Source: Amoebidium appalachense | Taxonomy: Eukaryota > Protista > Ichthyosporea | Length of the DNA: 64,000 nt | Assembly: GCA_963693365.1 (NCBI GenBank) | Contig: CAVNZM010000012.1 | Span: 3,348,001 to 3,412,000 of the forward strand | Direction of reading: 5' to 3' | In this document: one piece after another, positions 1 to 12,996 of the stretch | Layout of the letters: each line of letters begins with the position of its first letter | How positions within the stretch are numbered: position 1 is the stretch's first letter | Translations under genes and position numbers: made by a program | The notes under the pieces: model-generated | What the model was told of the DNA's origin: nothing | Seen by the model: only the letters and a program-made list of their open reading frames with translations | Database searches by the model: none

Positions 1-1053
1 AAAAAGCCGCCACCTCCTGGGACGCAGTCACATGGCGGGGGGATCCGTCCGCCCGCTCGAAAAAGGCCAGCTGTTTCTGCAACCGCCCGCGAAGCATATC
101 CACAGCGGTTTTGCCGGCGTCCATAAATTTCTGTTGTCGAATGTTACCGAGCGCATCAGGCTGAAAAGCCGCCGAGTCCAGAATTTCGAGGTGCAGAAGG
201 TTGCGCAGCTTGGTGCACAACTCAGCCTCGTAGTCCTCCTCAACAAGAAGCTCAAGCACACGGCCGCCGATGAAGGAATAATTGCGAATTTTGCTGGTAC
301 GCACACGAATTGCCCGAAAATCTTGCTTGATCTGCGAGATGGGGCCGCGAGCAAGGGTGACGTAGACGGGTTTGAAAGCGGGAGAGTGAGCACGGGCTTG
401 GTCCTGACGTGGCATGGGGTTGACAGGACGGGGACGGCACCGTTCGCGAAGGCGCTTGACAGCGGCCACAAAGCTGTCAACAGCCTCAGGCTTGCCCTTG
501 ATCGAGCCAACCTTGTTGGCCTCCTCACGAAGTGCGTCCTCCTCGGAGCGAGCAGCGGCGGCAGCATAGGAAACGGGTATGGAATTGGCAGGGGGGCGGC
601 TCCGCGAATCTCCGACCGTTCCGGAATGACGGTGGGAATGCGAGGGCCACCACCGTTAGGGGGAGACGCCGCAGCAGCTGCCGCAGCGGCCGGCCCCACC
701 GGCTGAGGCTCACGGGAAGGCGAAGGCGTATCGATGAAACGAGCCAGGGTGGCGGTGAGTTCCTCCACCCGCTGCAGGAGCTCAGTCACTTGGATGCGAA
801 GGCGGGCATTTTCATCACGTAGGTCCTTGAGTTGGTCTGTGTTGGTCTTGGGTTTCTTAGGGGCTGGGGTGGAAGGTTGTGGAGTAGACAACACAACCTG
901 CTGACTCGCCTGTTGGGACTCAAAATCCAGGATGTCGTCGGAGTTTTCGATAGCGAGGACACCAAACCGGTTGGCATGGTGGGGCGGGGGGGACTGCTCG
1001 GGACTGTGCACCCGCTTGCCATCGAGAGGGACGAGGTCATGCTGGGAGGCCAT
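1..1053 (-). CDS. LINE ORF1 (gag-like) protein, running off the window edge; frameshift near the G-run at ~591-596
   Basis: N-terminal coiled coil (LKDLRDENARLRIQVTELLQRVEELTATL). After a frame change it reads KPVYVTLARGP...RVRTSKIRNYSFIGGRVLELLVEEDY, which aligns by eye with ORF1 at 16596 (RVYFKV...FRCSRILCLSFIGYDVLEVAVRGDY). Confidence 0.7.
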
Positions 1054-1065
1054 GGTGTTGGGCCT

Positions 1066-1330
1066 GAATAAAACAAAAGATGTAAAACGGTATATATACT
1101 GAAAGGGAATTCAAATCCGATGACGTAGGAAGTTAATCAAGCAAGAAAGTCTCACCCCTAGTGAATAAAACAAAAGATGTAAAATGGTATATATACTGAA
1201 ACGGAATTCAAATCCGATGACGTAGGAAGTTAATCAAGCAAGAAAGAAATAAAACAAAAGATGTAAAACGGTATATATACTGAAAGGGAATTCAAATCCG
1301 ATGACGTAGGAAGTTAATCAAGCAAGAAAG
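1066..1330. repeat. Three tandem ~83-97 bp monomers upstream of LINE ORF1
   Basis: Unit aataaaacaaaagatgtaaaacggtatatatactgaaagggaattcaaatccgatgacgtaggaagttaatcaagcaagaaag, present three times and nearly identical. Confidence 0.9.
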
Positions 1331-1352
1331 TTAGATAGGCACGTGATATTCG

Positions 1353-4316
1353 AATGATATATTTGGTAAATGCTCATTTTATCCACCAATCGGAAGAAGA
1401 TGGTGTGATGATCGGCATCACACATCTCTTCCTGTAGAAGCGACTATGAAAGTCGTGTTTTTCGCTTCTCTCAAACAGTCTTTTCCTCGCCGCTTGAGAA
1501 GCGCGCGTTAGTGAGGCCGGTCTAGTGACCAAGACCAAAGCTTTTGAGCGCAGTGAGCGCTATAGTCAGTCGTGTAGGTCCCTAGACTTTAGCTATAATA
1601 ATAGGCCCAGGAACCGCAGATCATTGAGACCGGATGCGCTCATGAGTTTTTGCAAAACCCAAGTGGGGTTGTGTTTTGGGGTTGTTTGTGTAGCTATAAG
1701 CACCTAGGCACGTCTGGCAACGTTAGCCCGTGTGGGCTGCTCGCGTGAGCATGTACAGCAGCAACGTGTGCTGCTCTCTAGTCCTAGTGTGGGCCCCGGC
1801 AGCAGTGGTCTGTGCGGGGGCGGCCGGTTATGTGTGCTCCCAGTAAGCCAGTGGGCGGGGTAGCACCTGCACCGCTCTATCAACGGGTGCGTGCGTGCCA
1901 CGACGAGTGGGCGCGCGGTGGAGGAGCCAAGGACGTGCTCTTCTGGATTAAGTATGGCATCACACCCGAATGGTGCGCTGGGCCGCCACCTCCCCACGAC
2001 ATGGGGAGGTACCTAAACTTGGGCGAAGTTGCGGAGGAGGAGGCGTTGGTGGAAGTTGCGCGTTTAGTGGGTAAGGGCGCACTTGAACCCATCGACGAGT
2101 CCAGGAAGCATTGCGTGTCGACCACGTTTGGGGTGCGGAAACCAAACGGTAAAGTGCGGCTTATAATCGACATGCGCCCAGTGAATGAGTATGCCCTACA
2201 GCGGGGCCTCAAGTACGAGACGCTCAGTGACCTGCAGGTCATTGCTCAGCCAGGTGACCACGGCTTCAGTTTCGACCTGGAGGACGGCTACTTTGCGCTG
2301 GCAATTGCGCCACGGTGGCGTAAATATTTTCAGATTCGGGTTGGCGGCCAGCTGTATCAGTACACTGTGCTGCCTTTCGGCTATTCCCTCAGCCCATACT
2401 ACTTCACGCGGCTCATGAAGGAGTTCGGTCGGCGTCTTCACCGGCGCGGTGTGCGCACGTTAGCGTTCTTGGACGACTGGTTGGTCGTCGAACGGCCGCT
2501 AAAGGCGCTGCAAACTCGCGGTGTTGTTGAGGGGGAGCTCGAGGCAACGGGCCTGAACCGAAAATACGGAGAAGGGCCAGTGGGAGCCCACCGACCACCT
2601 CGACCATCTAGGCATCCATGTCGACCTTGCCGCGGGTGTGTTGGCCCCTACCGCCACCTCTATGGAGAAGCTGGTGGAGGAAACCAAGCGGGTGATGGCC
2701 AAGGCTCGCAAGGGCAAGCGATGGGTGGAAAAGAAGCAAGTCGCCCGGTGGTTGGGGGTGGTCATGAGTATGCGGGCTGCCACTCCCCACGTGCTGACGT
2801 TGGTGCGGCCAGTGTATGCCGCCCTACGCTGGGGAAATTGGCGCAGTTTCGTTCGGCTTTCGGGGCGTCAGTTACGGATTATCGGTCGGACGCCCCAGTT
2901 CATTGGCCGGTTGCCTCGGGCGGAGATATGGCCCAACCCGGCCACGGCTACGCTCATCACGGATGCCGCCACCACACACGGCTGGGGGGCCGTGCTTCAA
3001 GTGGCGGGATCCCGGCCCTGCCCCTACGCTTGAGGCGGCGGGCAGGTGGGCAGCCGACGACGCTCCGCGGGCGGCGGCGATTGCGGAGTGTGAGGGCCTG
3101 TTGGAGGCCTATCAGAGCCCTGCCCTGCAGGAAGCCCTCCGTGGGCAGCGGGTGCAGTGGCAAGCCGATGCCCAGGCGGCCCTTGGGGCCGTGCGGAAAA
3201 AGGGCAGGCGGCAGCCCCTCGATGCAGCGCATTCTGTGGCAGCTTCTGCAGTTGTGCCTCGACCACGGGTTGCCTTGGCCACAGGAGGTGGCCTACATCC
3301 CGGGTGAGCTCAACGACCGAGCAGATTGGCTGTCGCGGGTGGACCCCCGGCATGAATGGCAAGTCACGCCGGAGGCAGTCGAGCGGGTGGAGTGGCTGCT
3401 GGGCATGCAGCCCGAAGTCGATCGGTTTGCCACCCACACCTCGGCAGTGAAGGCCGAGTTTAATGTGTGGGCCCAGGCAGGGGCCCCCGGTGGGATGGCA
3501 GACGGGTTGGCGGTGCCGTGGACGGCGCCAAGCTGGTGGGCGCCTCCGTTCCCGCTGATCAAGCGAACGGTGGCCAAGCTGCAGCGGGAAGGTGCAGCGG
3601 GCATCCTCGTCGTTCCAGTGTGGGATACGGCGTCGTGGTGGCCCGTCATTCAGGGGTTGGCTTCGGCAAGTGTGCCTCTGCGCCCCTCTGAGGTGATTTT
3701 CCCGCGCGGGGTTCGGCCGTGGCGTATGCAAGCATTTCGTCTGGACGGCACCCCGGTTCCTGGGCAGGCTGAGGGGCCCCAGCCAGCCAGCGTAAGGCAT
3801 AATAGTGTATGTTAGCCGGCTGTGTCTTAGTGGACGTAGATAGCAGTTTGGTGTCTAAAATGATATATTTGGTAAATACTCATTTTATCCACCAATCGGA
3901 AGAAGATGGTGTGATGATCGGCATCACACATCTCTTCCTGTAGAAGCGACTATGAAAGTCGTGTTTTTCGCTTCTCTCAAACAGTCTTTTCCTCGCCGCT
4001 TCTCTTAGGACCCACCCACCAGCCCGCATTCTGTTTCCTCGCCGTCTGCTGTTCTCAGCTTTATGAATCAGGGCTGTAAGTGCTAGGTTGAGGGTAGTAG
4101 TGCTTGGTTGGGGGGGGGGGGGGGGGGGGATGATTTCTGTTTTTTGGCCCGAGGGCCTCATCTGTATTGATCTCGTGTGTATGGCCCCAGGGCCGGGAGT
4201 CAGTACATGTGATTTATTTGCGGCCCACTGAAGGCCTGCGGGGACGGCAGCCGGGTGCTGCCTCTCATCATCAGACCGGCCATAAAGCAATCGAAAAGCA
4301 GTTTGGTGTCTAAAAT
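1353..4316 (+). mobile_element. Compact Ngaro/DIRS-type retroelement with split direct repeats; no tyrosine recombinase or gag visible
   Basis: A1 1353-1495 matches A2 3859-4001 (143 bp, one mismatch seen). B1 3842-3861 matches B2 4297-4316 (agcagtttggtgtctaaaat). Order is A1-ORF-B1-A2-spacer-B2. Confidence 0.8.
1812..3815 (+). CDS. DIRS-family reverse transcriptase / RNase H / adenine methyltransferase-like polyprotein with three compensating frameshifts (~2563, ~3010, ~3200)
   Basis: RT motifs RLIIDMR, FDLEDGYF, LPFG and FLDD. RNase H segments ITDAATTHGWG, AECEG, QADAQ and NDRADWLSR lie in successive frames. MT-like segment EVDRFA...WAPPFPLI...LVVPVW. Confidence 0.88.
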   Translation: MRGRPVMCAPSKPVGGVAPAPLYQRVRACHDEWARGGGAKDVLFWIKYGITPEWCAGPPPPHDMGRYLNLGEVAEEEALVEVARLVGKGALEPIDESRKHCVSTTFGVRKPNGKVRLIIDMRPVNEYALQRGLKYETLSDLQVIAQPGDHGFSFDLEDGYFALAIAPRWRKYFQIRVGGQLYQYTVLPFGYSLSPYYFTRLMKEFGRRLHRRGVRTLAFLDDWLVVERPLKALQTRGVVEGELEATGLNRKYGEGPVGAHRPPRPSRHPCRPCRGCVGPYRHLYGEAGGGNQAGDGQGSQGQAMGGKEASRPVVGGGHEYAGCHSPRADVGAASVCRPTLGKLAQFRSAFGASVTDYRSDAPVHWPVASGGDMAQPGHGYAHHGCRHHTRLGGRASSGGIPALPLRLRRRAGGQPTTLRGRRRLRSVRACWRPIRALPCRKPSVGSGCSGKPMPRRPLGPCGKRAGGSPSMQRILWQLLQLCLDHGLPWPQEVAYIPGELNDRADWLSRVDPRHEWQVTPEAVERVEWLLGMQPEVDRFATHTSAVKAEFNVWAQAGAPGGMADGLAVPWTAPSWWAPPFPLIKRTVAKLQREGAAGILVVPVWDTASWWPVIQGLASASVPLRPSEVIFPRGVRPWRMQAFRLDGTPVPGQAEGPQPASVRHNSVC

Positions 4317-4430
4317 TCTAAAAAAACTGCGTAAAAAGGTAAGCACATCATTTTCTAAGAAAAGTGAATAAAAAAATGCAGGCACACCTTAAGATAAAAA
4401 GGGGGAATAAAAAAGCAGAGGGACACCAGT

Positions 4431-5763
4431 TTAATCACGCCCCTCCGTCTTTCTCCCCTTCCCAGACGAGCGCTCCTTTTCCCCCTTACCCCCACATAGT
4501 CTCTCCACCAAGTCTCTCCTGTCACCCAACGACCGACACATCTTCTTGTGTCCCGCCCAACTCTTCTTCTGGCACTCCCGCCCACAAAACTTGGCCGTCA
4601 TGCACCCACGACAAAAAAACAATTTGCCCTCCTTCATGCATCCCCAACACTGATTGGCCGGTATCTAATTTGCCGGTTCTGATTGGCTCCGTGGCTGCGC
4701 CTTTTCACTCGTTTTTAATTCACTTCCCCGCGATTCACCCGCGACGTCCGGCGTGTCTGTCGACTGTGATTTTTCCAACACACTGCCGTCAGCGCCGATG
4801 TCTCCAGTTTTGCGCAAAACGCTCGTGCCGCTACTGCTCGTAGGCGATTGGTCGCCGGGGCCGGTGGTCGTGGGAACTTTGGTAGCCGGCGCCGGCTGTC
4901 CAGAGGTTAGAACGGCGCGTTCGATAACGAGCCCGAATACAACCATGCACATAAGAAGACGGTCATAGGGCAACCCTCCACCCTCGGAAAGTTCCTCCTT
5001 CGATGTCTCGGAAAATTTCTCCGCAAAACCCTCCGCCCACTCACGCAACTTCGCCGATCGTTCGCTCTCATCGCTTTCTTTAAACACCACTCGTGCCATG
5101 ATGTTTCCAAATACGACAGCATTCGAAACCTCCCGCTCCCAATCCACTCGCGCGCGTAGAAAGTCCCTGTCTTTTTTCCTCCCCTTCCCGGCGGTGAGTT
5201 GGTCGAACAAAGAGGGACCAAGTACGCCGGAGTACGCATAAGAAGAGAGATCCGGGCTCCTGAAAAGTGCATACTCATTCAGGAGCCTTGCACGAAATAC
5301 CACATCGTCCACAACTCCAAACATAACGCCTCCTCCAGCAAAAGAACGCAAACGAAAAGAACGCCCCTCCTCTGGTGGGGCGCTTCGAAGAACTATCGGT
5401 CCATCGTCTTTGCGCAAAATGCTCGAAATATATTCCGCCTTCATCTTTAGGCTTCCCAAAACCTCACCCCTTCCCGCATGCAACATCTTTTCTGACGTGA
5501 TCCGCACATCCCGTGACATTTGGTTTAGCACCATAACTTTGGACCAATCGGATTCCACATGCGCAAAAAACGATTGAAGGATGGTCACGTCGCTGTTTGA
5601 CGTCAAGGCAGGGGGGCACGGGAGACAGTCGGCGGCATAAACCCACGTTTGATTGGTTGCCGTCTCTTTCCAAAACCTCTGCGGGTGTCCTGAATCCGTT
5701 TCGGATAAGGGGCACCGTTGGTGTGGGGGCCGTGGGGTGCTTTTGGTCGTAAAAACGAAACAA
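4431..5763 (-). pseudogene. MYND zinc-finger protein with an in-frame stop at 4665-4667 and a probable 5' frameshift
   Basis: CWGC...CRGC...FCGRECQKKSWAGHKKMC is a MYND pattern. It is in frame with the 313-aa ORF across a single TAG. The 5' end is uncertain. Confidence 0.7.
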
Positions 5764-6699
5764 TCCGAACGATATTCCGGCCCGATCAGCGATGGGTGAA
5801 AAATATTATAAGTATTCTAACTATGTCGGGGAAGCAGAGACACAGTGGTGCAGTGTAAAAACACCACAGACACACAGACAAACACACAGACGGAAACGAT
5901 CGGAGAAGTGTACAGAACAGACATCAATGTTTAGACACAACTGAACTGAGTTTATTTTGAGATGTGCTTATATAACCGCAATCACTAAGTCAAACCTATG
6001 TATGATTTCCGACCAGTCGGAAATCAGAATAGATATCGGATAGACCAATCATAATGGACTGATCACTACAGCAATAGATCCAACACTCGCAATAGATCAC
6101 GGCAAGGCATAAGAACGGCAGTCACGAAGAAACTGTAAACCTTGACACTAATTTCTAACCTATTATTGAGGTTAACGGCAGGGACACGTTATGACTAGTC
6201 TAGTGATTGGTTAGACCGCGGCAATTCGCAAAACAAACATAGTTGAATAAACTATTGACACATAAAATAGTACATGGTGTAGCCTATGTGTTTTTCTTCC
6301 AATCAAAACACATCTACTTCACACGAATTAACTCAACGTATATTAGTGAGAAAGAACAGTGATCACACACATGAACACCAGGGAAAAAGGAGGAAAGAAA
6401 AGAGAAGAAGAGAAGAGAGAAAAAGAGAGGAACACAGAACAACAAACATGAACACGATAGCACAGTTACAACATAAGATATTCATGTACACACAAACATG
6501 TGCACGAGCACTCCTACTGAGTGGATTCGTGCAGGTACATATCTATATTCTAATCTTTAGATCAACACACGATTAGAGCCAATATGACACGATTACAGAC
6601 ACGAAAACATATTTGAGATCGATTAACAATTTTACGAACAAGGAGGGTGACTTTTGCATTAATGCTATGAACTGAATCATAAACACAAACTGAAAGATC

Positions 6700-8125
6700 T
6701 TACACATGTACAAACTACGTACTTCAACAATGGGGTCACGCCGCCGTGCACCGAAAACGTCCCGTGATCCCACACACACAGCGCCGCATATCCCCTCTGT
6801 GTCGGCCCGTCACCGCGCAGGCGAGGTACGGTACAACGTATTTGGGGTATCCAACTCCACTTGACATGTCGTGTGCGTGGCGCCGGCCAGGGCAAACCCA
6901 CCCACAAGAACGAATGACTTCCCCCCCAACCATCCCAGAGATGCACCGTGAAGCGGGGGAGGAACCGGCCCGCGCGTGCACGTTCTGCATCCAGCTTCAC
7001 CCACATCTCCAACGGCCGCAACACCCACCAATCATCCAACACTCGCCCATTTCCGGACACACCGCCATATAAGGCAATCGTGCCTGTAGCCGCCACCGCC
7101 ATTGCCGCCCCCCACCGCGCCACCGGACCGGTTCCAGAACCTTCCCCAACCACCCCCCACGTGTTTCTTTTCAAATCGAGCACGTACATGCGCCCGTCTG
7201 TGGCTTCCCCATCCGCTCCGCACCCACCAAAAACGAAAAATTCGTCCTGTATGATATACCCACCCCTGCCCCGTACCGCGGGCTCGGCACCTTTCCCGTT
7301 GTTTCCAGCTGTTTCCATTCGCAATCCGGCGTGAACACCCACGTGTCGTTCATGGTAGTGTTGTTGCACCCACCAAACACCACCATACCACGTGTAGAAT
7401 GCATGGCCGCCCCATGAATGGCCCGTGCAGGCGGAAGGCTGGGGGTTTGTTCACCTGTCCGCGCCTCAGACCACAAGCGTGTATCGCCGTTTTCCGAAAC
7501 AAAAAATACATCGTTTGAACTCTACGGTCGCTTTGGCGAGTGGCTGTGTAGCGCCGCCGAAAACGCACAGAGAGCGAGAGCCCTGGCCTTGGGGTGCAAA
7601 AGAAACCGCAGTGTGACCCCCCCGTGCAAGAAACGCCCTATTGGTGCCTAGTTTTGCGCCCCCCTCGCCCTCCTTGGGTGGGTCAACGGCGTGATGTGCC
7701 ATTCTCGTGCACCCCCATGACTCGTCAGAAGCTCTGAAATTAATGCCCGGAAAAGTGGGGGCACCACCGCGCAGGACTTTTCTGGCGTTTTGGTCCGCAT
7801 CAGCCAAGATCATCGCTGCACGGTTACTCAATTCCGGCCGGGAGTCCCTCATGCACATGGCATGGTGCGAAAAAATGATCTGGTTGTCGGCTTTCATATA
7901 CGCCTCGCAGCAAACGGCAGACGGGCCCCGCACAAGCCGCTCCACACAGTCGAGAAAAAACGCCATTGTGTCGCGCATGTTTGCTCGCACGTTTATCATG
8001 ACGTGGGGAGGTACATGCTCTTTAGCAAACCCACGCAGCGCAAACTCCTTCACACCAGCATCCATAAGAGCACGTGACGTTTCCAGCGTGTTTGCGTAAA
8101 TGGCAAGGCCTCCTAAATAGCACAC
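6700..8125 (-). pseudogene. Kelch-repeat (beta-propeller) protein, broken over several frames
   Basis: Repeated kelch motifs RGGHTA..VFGG, RAIHGAA..VVFGG..NDTW, PSPRYG..VFGG and ARWGAA..LYGG..DDWW in ORFs 7466-8125, 7171-7476 and 6677-7369. Confidence 0.75.
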
Positions 8126-9539
8126 CCGGGCCGAGGCACGAGGTCGTCACATATGAGCAGTGACGTCATCAAGAGTAGGGTTAGCTTCCAGCCGAATCCA
8201 GCGAAATGATTGGCCAACTGAGGAACGCGCGAACCCCAGTAAAGGCGATTTCGATTGGATAGAAGATTTTTGACTGCCATTTAGTGATTGGACAATACAG
8301 CAAATGGCGGGCTTTTGGTGTTCTTTGTATACTCGGGAAATTGTGGGGTACCAACATTAAGGATAAGGCAAAACCAACAATATTAGTATCTAGTCTGTTT
8401 TAATAGCTTTATGAAATAACAAATACGCCAATGCGCTCATTTATTTAACATTTAAATGGTTTATGCCGTTTTTTTTGGCGTTTATAATATTTTAGGGAGT
8501 TATTTTAAGGGGTTAAGACTTTAAGTTGACGTAAGTACAATTACTTCATCAATCCCCATCGATCTCTCGTTGTGATCTAGGGGGCTGTGTGCCGGCCGCT
8601 TGTGTTGCTGCTACACGTGGAATAGTAACTATTTCTTTGCCACCACTTTACGTGAAGTGCTCCTGCATTATATTTAAAAAAGGCTGGGCAGTGCCACTTT
8701 GGCCACGCCCACATCAGCAAACCTACCCCCGTTACTTTGGGTGACATTGGTATACAAAAGGTTATCCATGACACAATGGTATACACGCTGGTAACCTTGT
8801 ATACACGATATTATACACACCATGTCACCTCAATGCTATCCCTGTACAATATGATAACGTCGTGATAGCGTATTGGTAACATCATGGCAGTGGTACATTC
8901 CTGTATAACTGCTAAGGTTATACATTGTGTTACGCAGATGTTACCAAAGGTGACACAGTGTCAATGTTAACATTGTGTCTACCATAGTGTACACCATATT
9001 GTATAATTATGTGTATACTTTATCTGTACCAATTGTAACATATAGGCGAGGGTAACAATATGGTGACATTAAGGCATACGGGGGTACCAATCCCGATATA
9101 CCAACCCTATAGCATACTTGTATCTTATAAGATAGCAATTGCAATATTCTGCGTATTTTTGGGCATCCGTTTGTAACCCTTGTGATATCCCCCGGATTGA
9201 GTCAGGGGGGTAAAAACGGGGGACAGCAGTTTGTGTGAAAAAGTTGAATTTTTACACCAATTTTATGCCAATCAGGACATACCGAGATTACTATATGTCA
9301 GAGGGTTAGGTCTAGGGGGAGGCGCCAGGATAATACAAATGTTACACAGTATGCTACACGGGGATAGCTGTGGTAACATTAGATAACATTTGGGTACCAT
9401 CGTGTATGTCAAAGGCTAAATATTTGGCGTACGCACTTGTGTACATGCTGATACCGTAGTGGCAGTGATAACAATAGAGATACCATTTGGGGCTCTTTAC
9501 TGTATACCACTTTTTTATCCTTTTTGTTATCAATGCCCG

Positions 9540-9870
9540 TGTACCACTCTACGGCGAGGGTAACAACCTGGTACCCTACATGTATTTCACGGATATTTAC
9601 ATGTATACCACTCTGCTACCAATCTATTGTCCTTTGTGTTATCCCTGCCATGGTGGTACCACTCAGTGGCGAGGGTAACAACAAGGGTAACAACAAGGTA
9701 CTACCCCATGTGTGTCACATATATACCAAAATGCTGTCCACTGTGGTATACTCGCCACCCTGCCATCATTGGTACCACTCAGTGGCGAGGGTAACAACAA
9801 GGGTAACAACAAGGTACCCCATTTGTGTCACATATATACCAAAATGCTGTCCACTGTGGTATACTCGCCA
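9540..9870. repeat. ~116-bp tandem repeat (two close copies and one diverged copy)
   Basis: ggtaccactcagtggcgagggtaacaacaagggtaacaacaaggta...ctgtggtatactcgcca at 9655 and 9771; diverged copy at 9540. Confidence 0.85.
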
Positions 9871-10019
9871 TGGTTTTACAATAACGATAACCCTGATATA
9901 TATTAAGACAACCGTTTGATACATCAACTGTCACGCACTGTGACTGTGACAGTCCTCGGGTGACCCCTTCAGTTTTTTCCGCCTTTGGTGAGTGTGTGTG
10001 TCACGGTGTGTGTTTTGAA

Positions 10020-10063
<44 letters not shown>

Positions 10064-11514
10064 GCGAGACGTGCGTGTGTCACGCTGCAAGTGCGTGTGC
10101 GTGTGCGTGTGTGTGTGTGGGTGTGGGTGCGCGCGTGTGCGTGTGTGTGTGCGCGTGCGCGTGTGTGTGTGTGTGTGTTCGGGTGCGCGCGCGTGTGTGT
10201 ATCTGTGCGGGGGGGTGTTAGGGGGGGGGGGGGGGGGGGAGGGGGGGTTGGGATGGGGGGGAAGGGGGGAGGGGGTGCGGAGGGCTAGGTGGGTATGCAC
10301 GGAAAGAAGGCCATGATGATGGGGAGGATTATCGAGGTGTTTGCCAGCCTGGAGATGGCCTTGCAGAGGGCTGACACAAGAAGTGACTACCTGCCACTGG
10401 GTTTCCCGATGCGCTTTTATTACACTCGCGTTGAACACGCAGATGCACATAAGTTTTTTGAACTGTTCACACAACATCATTTACATGCATCTACTTTGGC
10501 ATCACCATTTCTTTAGCAAGTATGGAATCTGAACTATGACGTTGGATACGTTACATGCATCTCCTAAGTGTTTAGGTGCCAGGTACAAAAATGAAATAAA
10601 TAAAAAAAGAATGCATGCTGAACAACCTGTTAGCCATGCCTTTCTGAATCACTGCTACTCATTAACTTGCAACTGCTTGCTTCATCATTTCCCTCAAAAC
10701 ACTCTTGTTGGCATCGAACGTAGTGCCCCTGATAGGGGCTGCCGTTTCTTCTTCATCGCTGATGACAAACACTGGTGTTGGGATAAGTGTCCTGCCTACA
10801 AGATGGGTGTTAGGGTTCTGTATGTGCAGTTTATCCCCGCAAAGCGGTCTGTTTCGTGCGCGTCATTGTACGTACACCTGTGAATAGGTGGAAGTAGGAA
10901 GAGAATACTAGCCACTACTATTCCTCCCTACCACCTACTGAGGCGGTGTCTCCTTTTTCCATTCCTTTTTTTTTTTTTTTTTTTTTTTTTTTTGCAAAGC
11001 CGCAAAGCCGCCACAAGTAGATGTATAACGTCGCACGTGCGGCAACACGTCAGTTACTGTACGTGTTAGTATTCCTCCTGTTCTCTGCTATACTACCAGT
11101 AGTACTAGTAGTACACTACAGTGTTGTACGTATGGTACAGTAAGCTCCGAGGCGCGGCCGTGCAATACAGTTTTTGCGCAAAATCCATAGCAAATACATG
11201 ATCCCATTGGTCGCAAATCACATAGGTATTTGGATACATATGTCGCCATTTTGGACCACCATCCTGGCAGGCACCCGACGGCCACATAAATGCGCCATAC
11301 CAATTCACCTGGCTTGCACCAGGTAGAGCCCGAGCCCCCAATGGTGACCACTACTACCTCCACAAAGACAGACACGCCGGCCAGTCGATCTGGCTACTAC
11401 AAAAGTACCAGTGACCGCCTGGACTAAGTTAACTTACCACAAAACTGATACCTCGTGACCGGATGCCGCTGAGGAAGGTAAAACACACACACACGGCACA
11501 CACACACACACACG

Positions 11515-11558
<44 letters not shown>

Positions 11559-12923
11559 GCACATGTACACGCACACTGCCACACACACGCACACAGGCAC
11601 ACACACTGGCACATACCGCACACCACATGCACCCGCACTCTTGACACATGCACTCAGTCGCACGTGCCCTTTAGATCTAGACTTAGTGTGTGTATAGCCG
11701 CAGCAAAAAAATGTATATTTAAAATGGCATGTAAATGTATATGATGGGCCATTATAGGGCGTCCCCTGCTGTGCAGTGTCCTATTTTGGAAATGGCTGAT
11801 GGATTTTGGGACTTTGCCACAGCCACGCGCGACACTCCCCATCGGTGTCTCTTAGCAACCCGCTGGCCGGGCGATAGCTTTCTCACCTCTCTGCTTACTT
11901 TTTCTTTTCGTTGTCTCTAGGTAGCTCTGCCTACTGTTTTTGCTTTTGCTTACCCTTGTCTCTTCTGCATGAGCTCGGGGCGAGCTCACCGCCGCCCGGG
12001 GGATGTATGAGCGAGATATCCCTTGGATAGTCGGGCCTATAGACCCCCCTCTCTGATAGACCCCCCTGGCATGCCCCTAGCCTGCCGCACGCATCATGCC
12101 AGCTCAGTCTCTCGCTGGCGCTCTCTCGTTCAGGTCTGATCCTTTCTTGTTACACGTGTCGTAGCTCTCCCACGCGTCCGACAATACAGGCTCACCCACG
12201 TTATCACGAGATCAGTGTCTCTTTGCCTGTCTTGTCTCCTTTCCGTGCCTGGAGCACGTTGACACATCACCTTTGTATCATTTAGATAGATATCTCTTTT
12301 ACCAGTGGTATTCGTATGGGTAGACTGGCGTATCATAATGTTACGTAGCCCTTATTGCTTCACAGTTTAAGGCCAAAAGGTGAGGCGGCCCGAAACACGT
12401 TTACAGGTGTAGGCCTTTTGTCACTTGTGAACCCAGCGGAATTACGTTTCCATGTTTCCATGTTTTGCCTCGCGGGTATTTTTGTCACACCCTTTTACTC
12501 TCTTCCTCTGTACTCATTTTCACGCTTGGTAGAGATGTTGCACTAAGTCGCACGAATGGAATTTCGTTGGCAGTCAGTAAAGCTCTGTCTAGAAAACCGT
12601 TTGGCCGGGCGGTGTATAGGTCGGTGCAGGGCTACAGCCACTTGTTGTAACGGTGAGTGCTTTTTTTTTTTTTCGCACATCATTTTAAGTGTGCCTCTCT
12701 CTCTTCTACCCCCATCTTCCCCATCCCCCCCCCCCCCCCCCCCCCCCCCCCCTTCCCCCCTTCTCTATCTTTTCCCGTGACCCTCTTTTCTCTTTTCTTG
12801 CCCCTTCTCCATCTCCGCGCCGTTCGCGTGCTCCCTTACATACAGATCCGCTCTGTATTCGCTATGTACTTGGATCGCTCGAATGGAACAAAAGTCGCAT
12901 GATGGATCAGCCATCAGCGCGCG

Positions 12924-12996
12924 TACCTTTTGGCCTAGCGGTTAGAGCTCCCAGCTCGCAGCCGCGAGGATTGAGGTTCGAGTCCCCAACCCGCCA
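12924..12996 (+). mobile_element. tRNA-derived SINE head / tRNA pseudogene
   Basis: Pol III A-box TGGCCTAGCGG at 12931 and B-box GGTTCGAGTCC at 12975. The acceptor stem does not pair. Confidence 0.55.

Noticed and set aside
10289-10883. Possible host exons
   Set aside because: Short ORFs with no recognisable domain or supportable splice structure.
11088-11125. AGTAGT-rich tract as a Polinton terminal inverted repeat
   Set aside because: No matching inverted copy found at the right side of the virus.
12924-12996. Functional tRNA gene
   Set aside because: The acceptor stem cannot pair; better explained as a SINE head or pseudogene.
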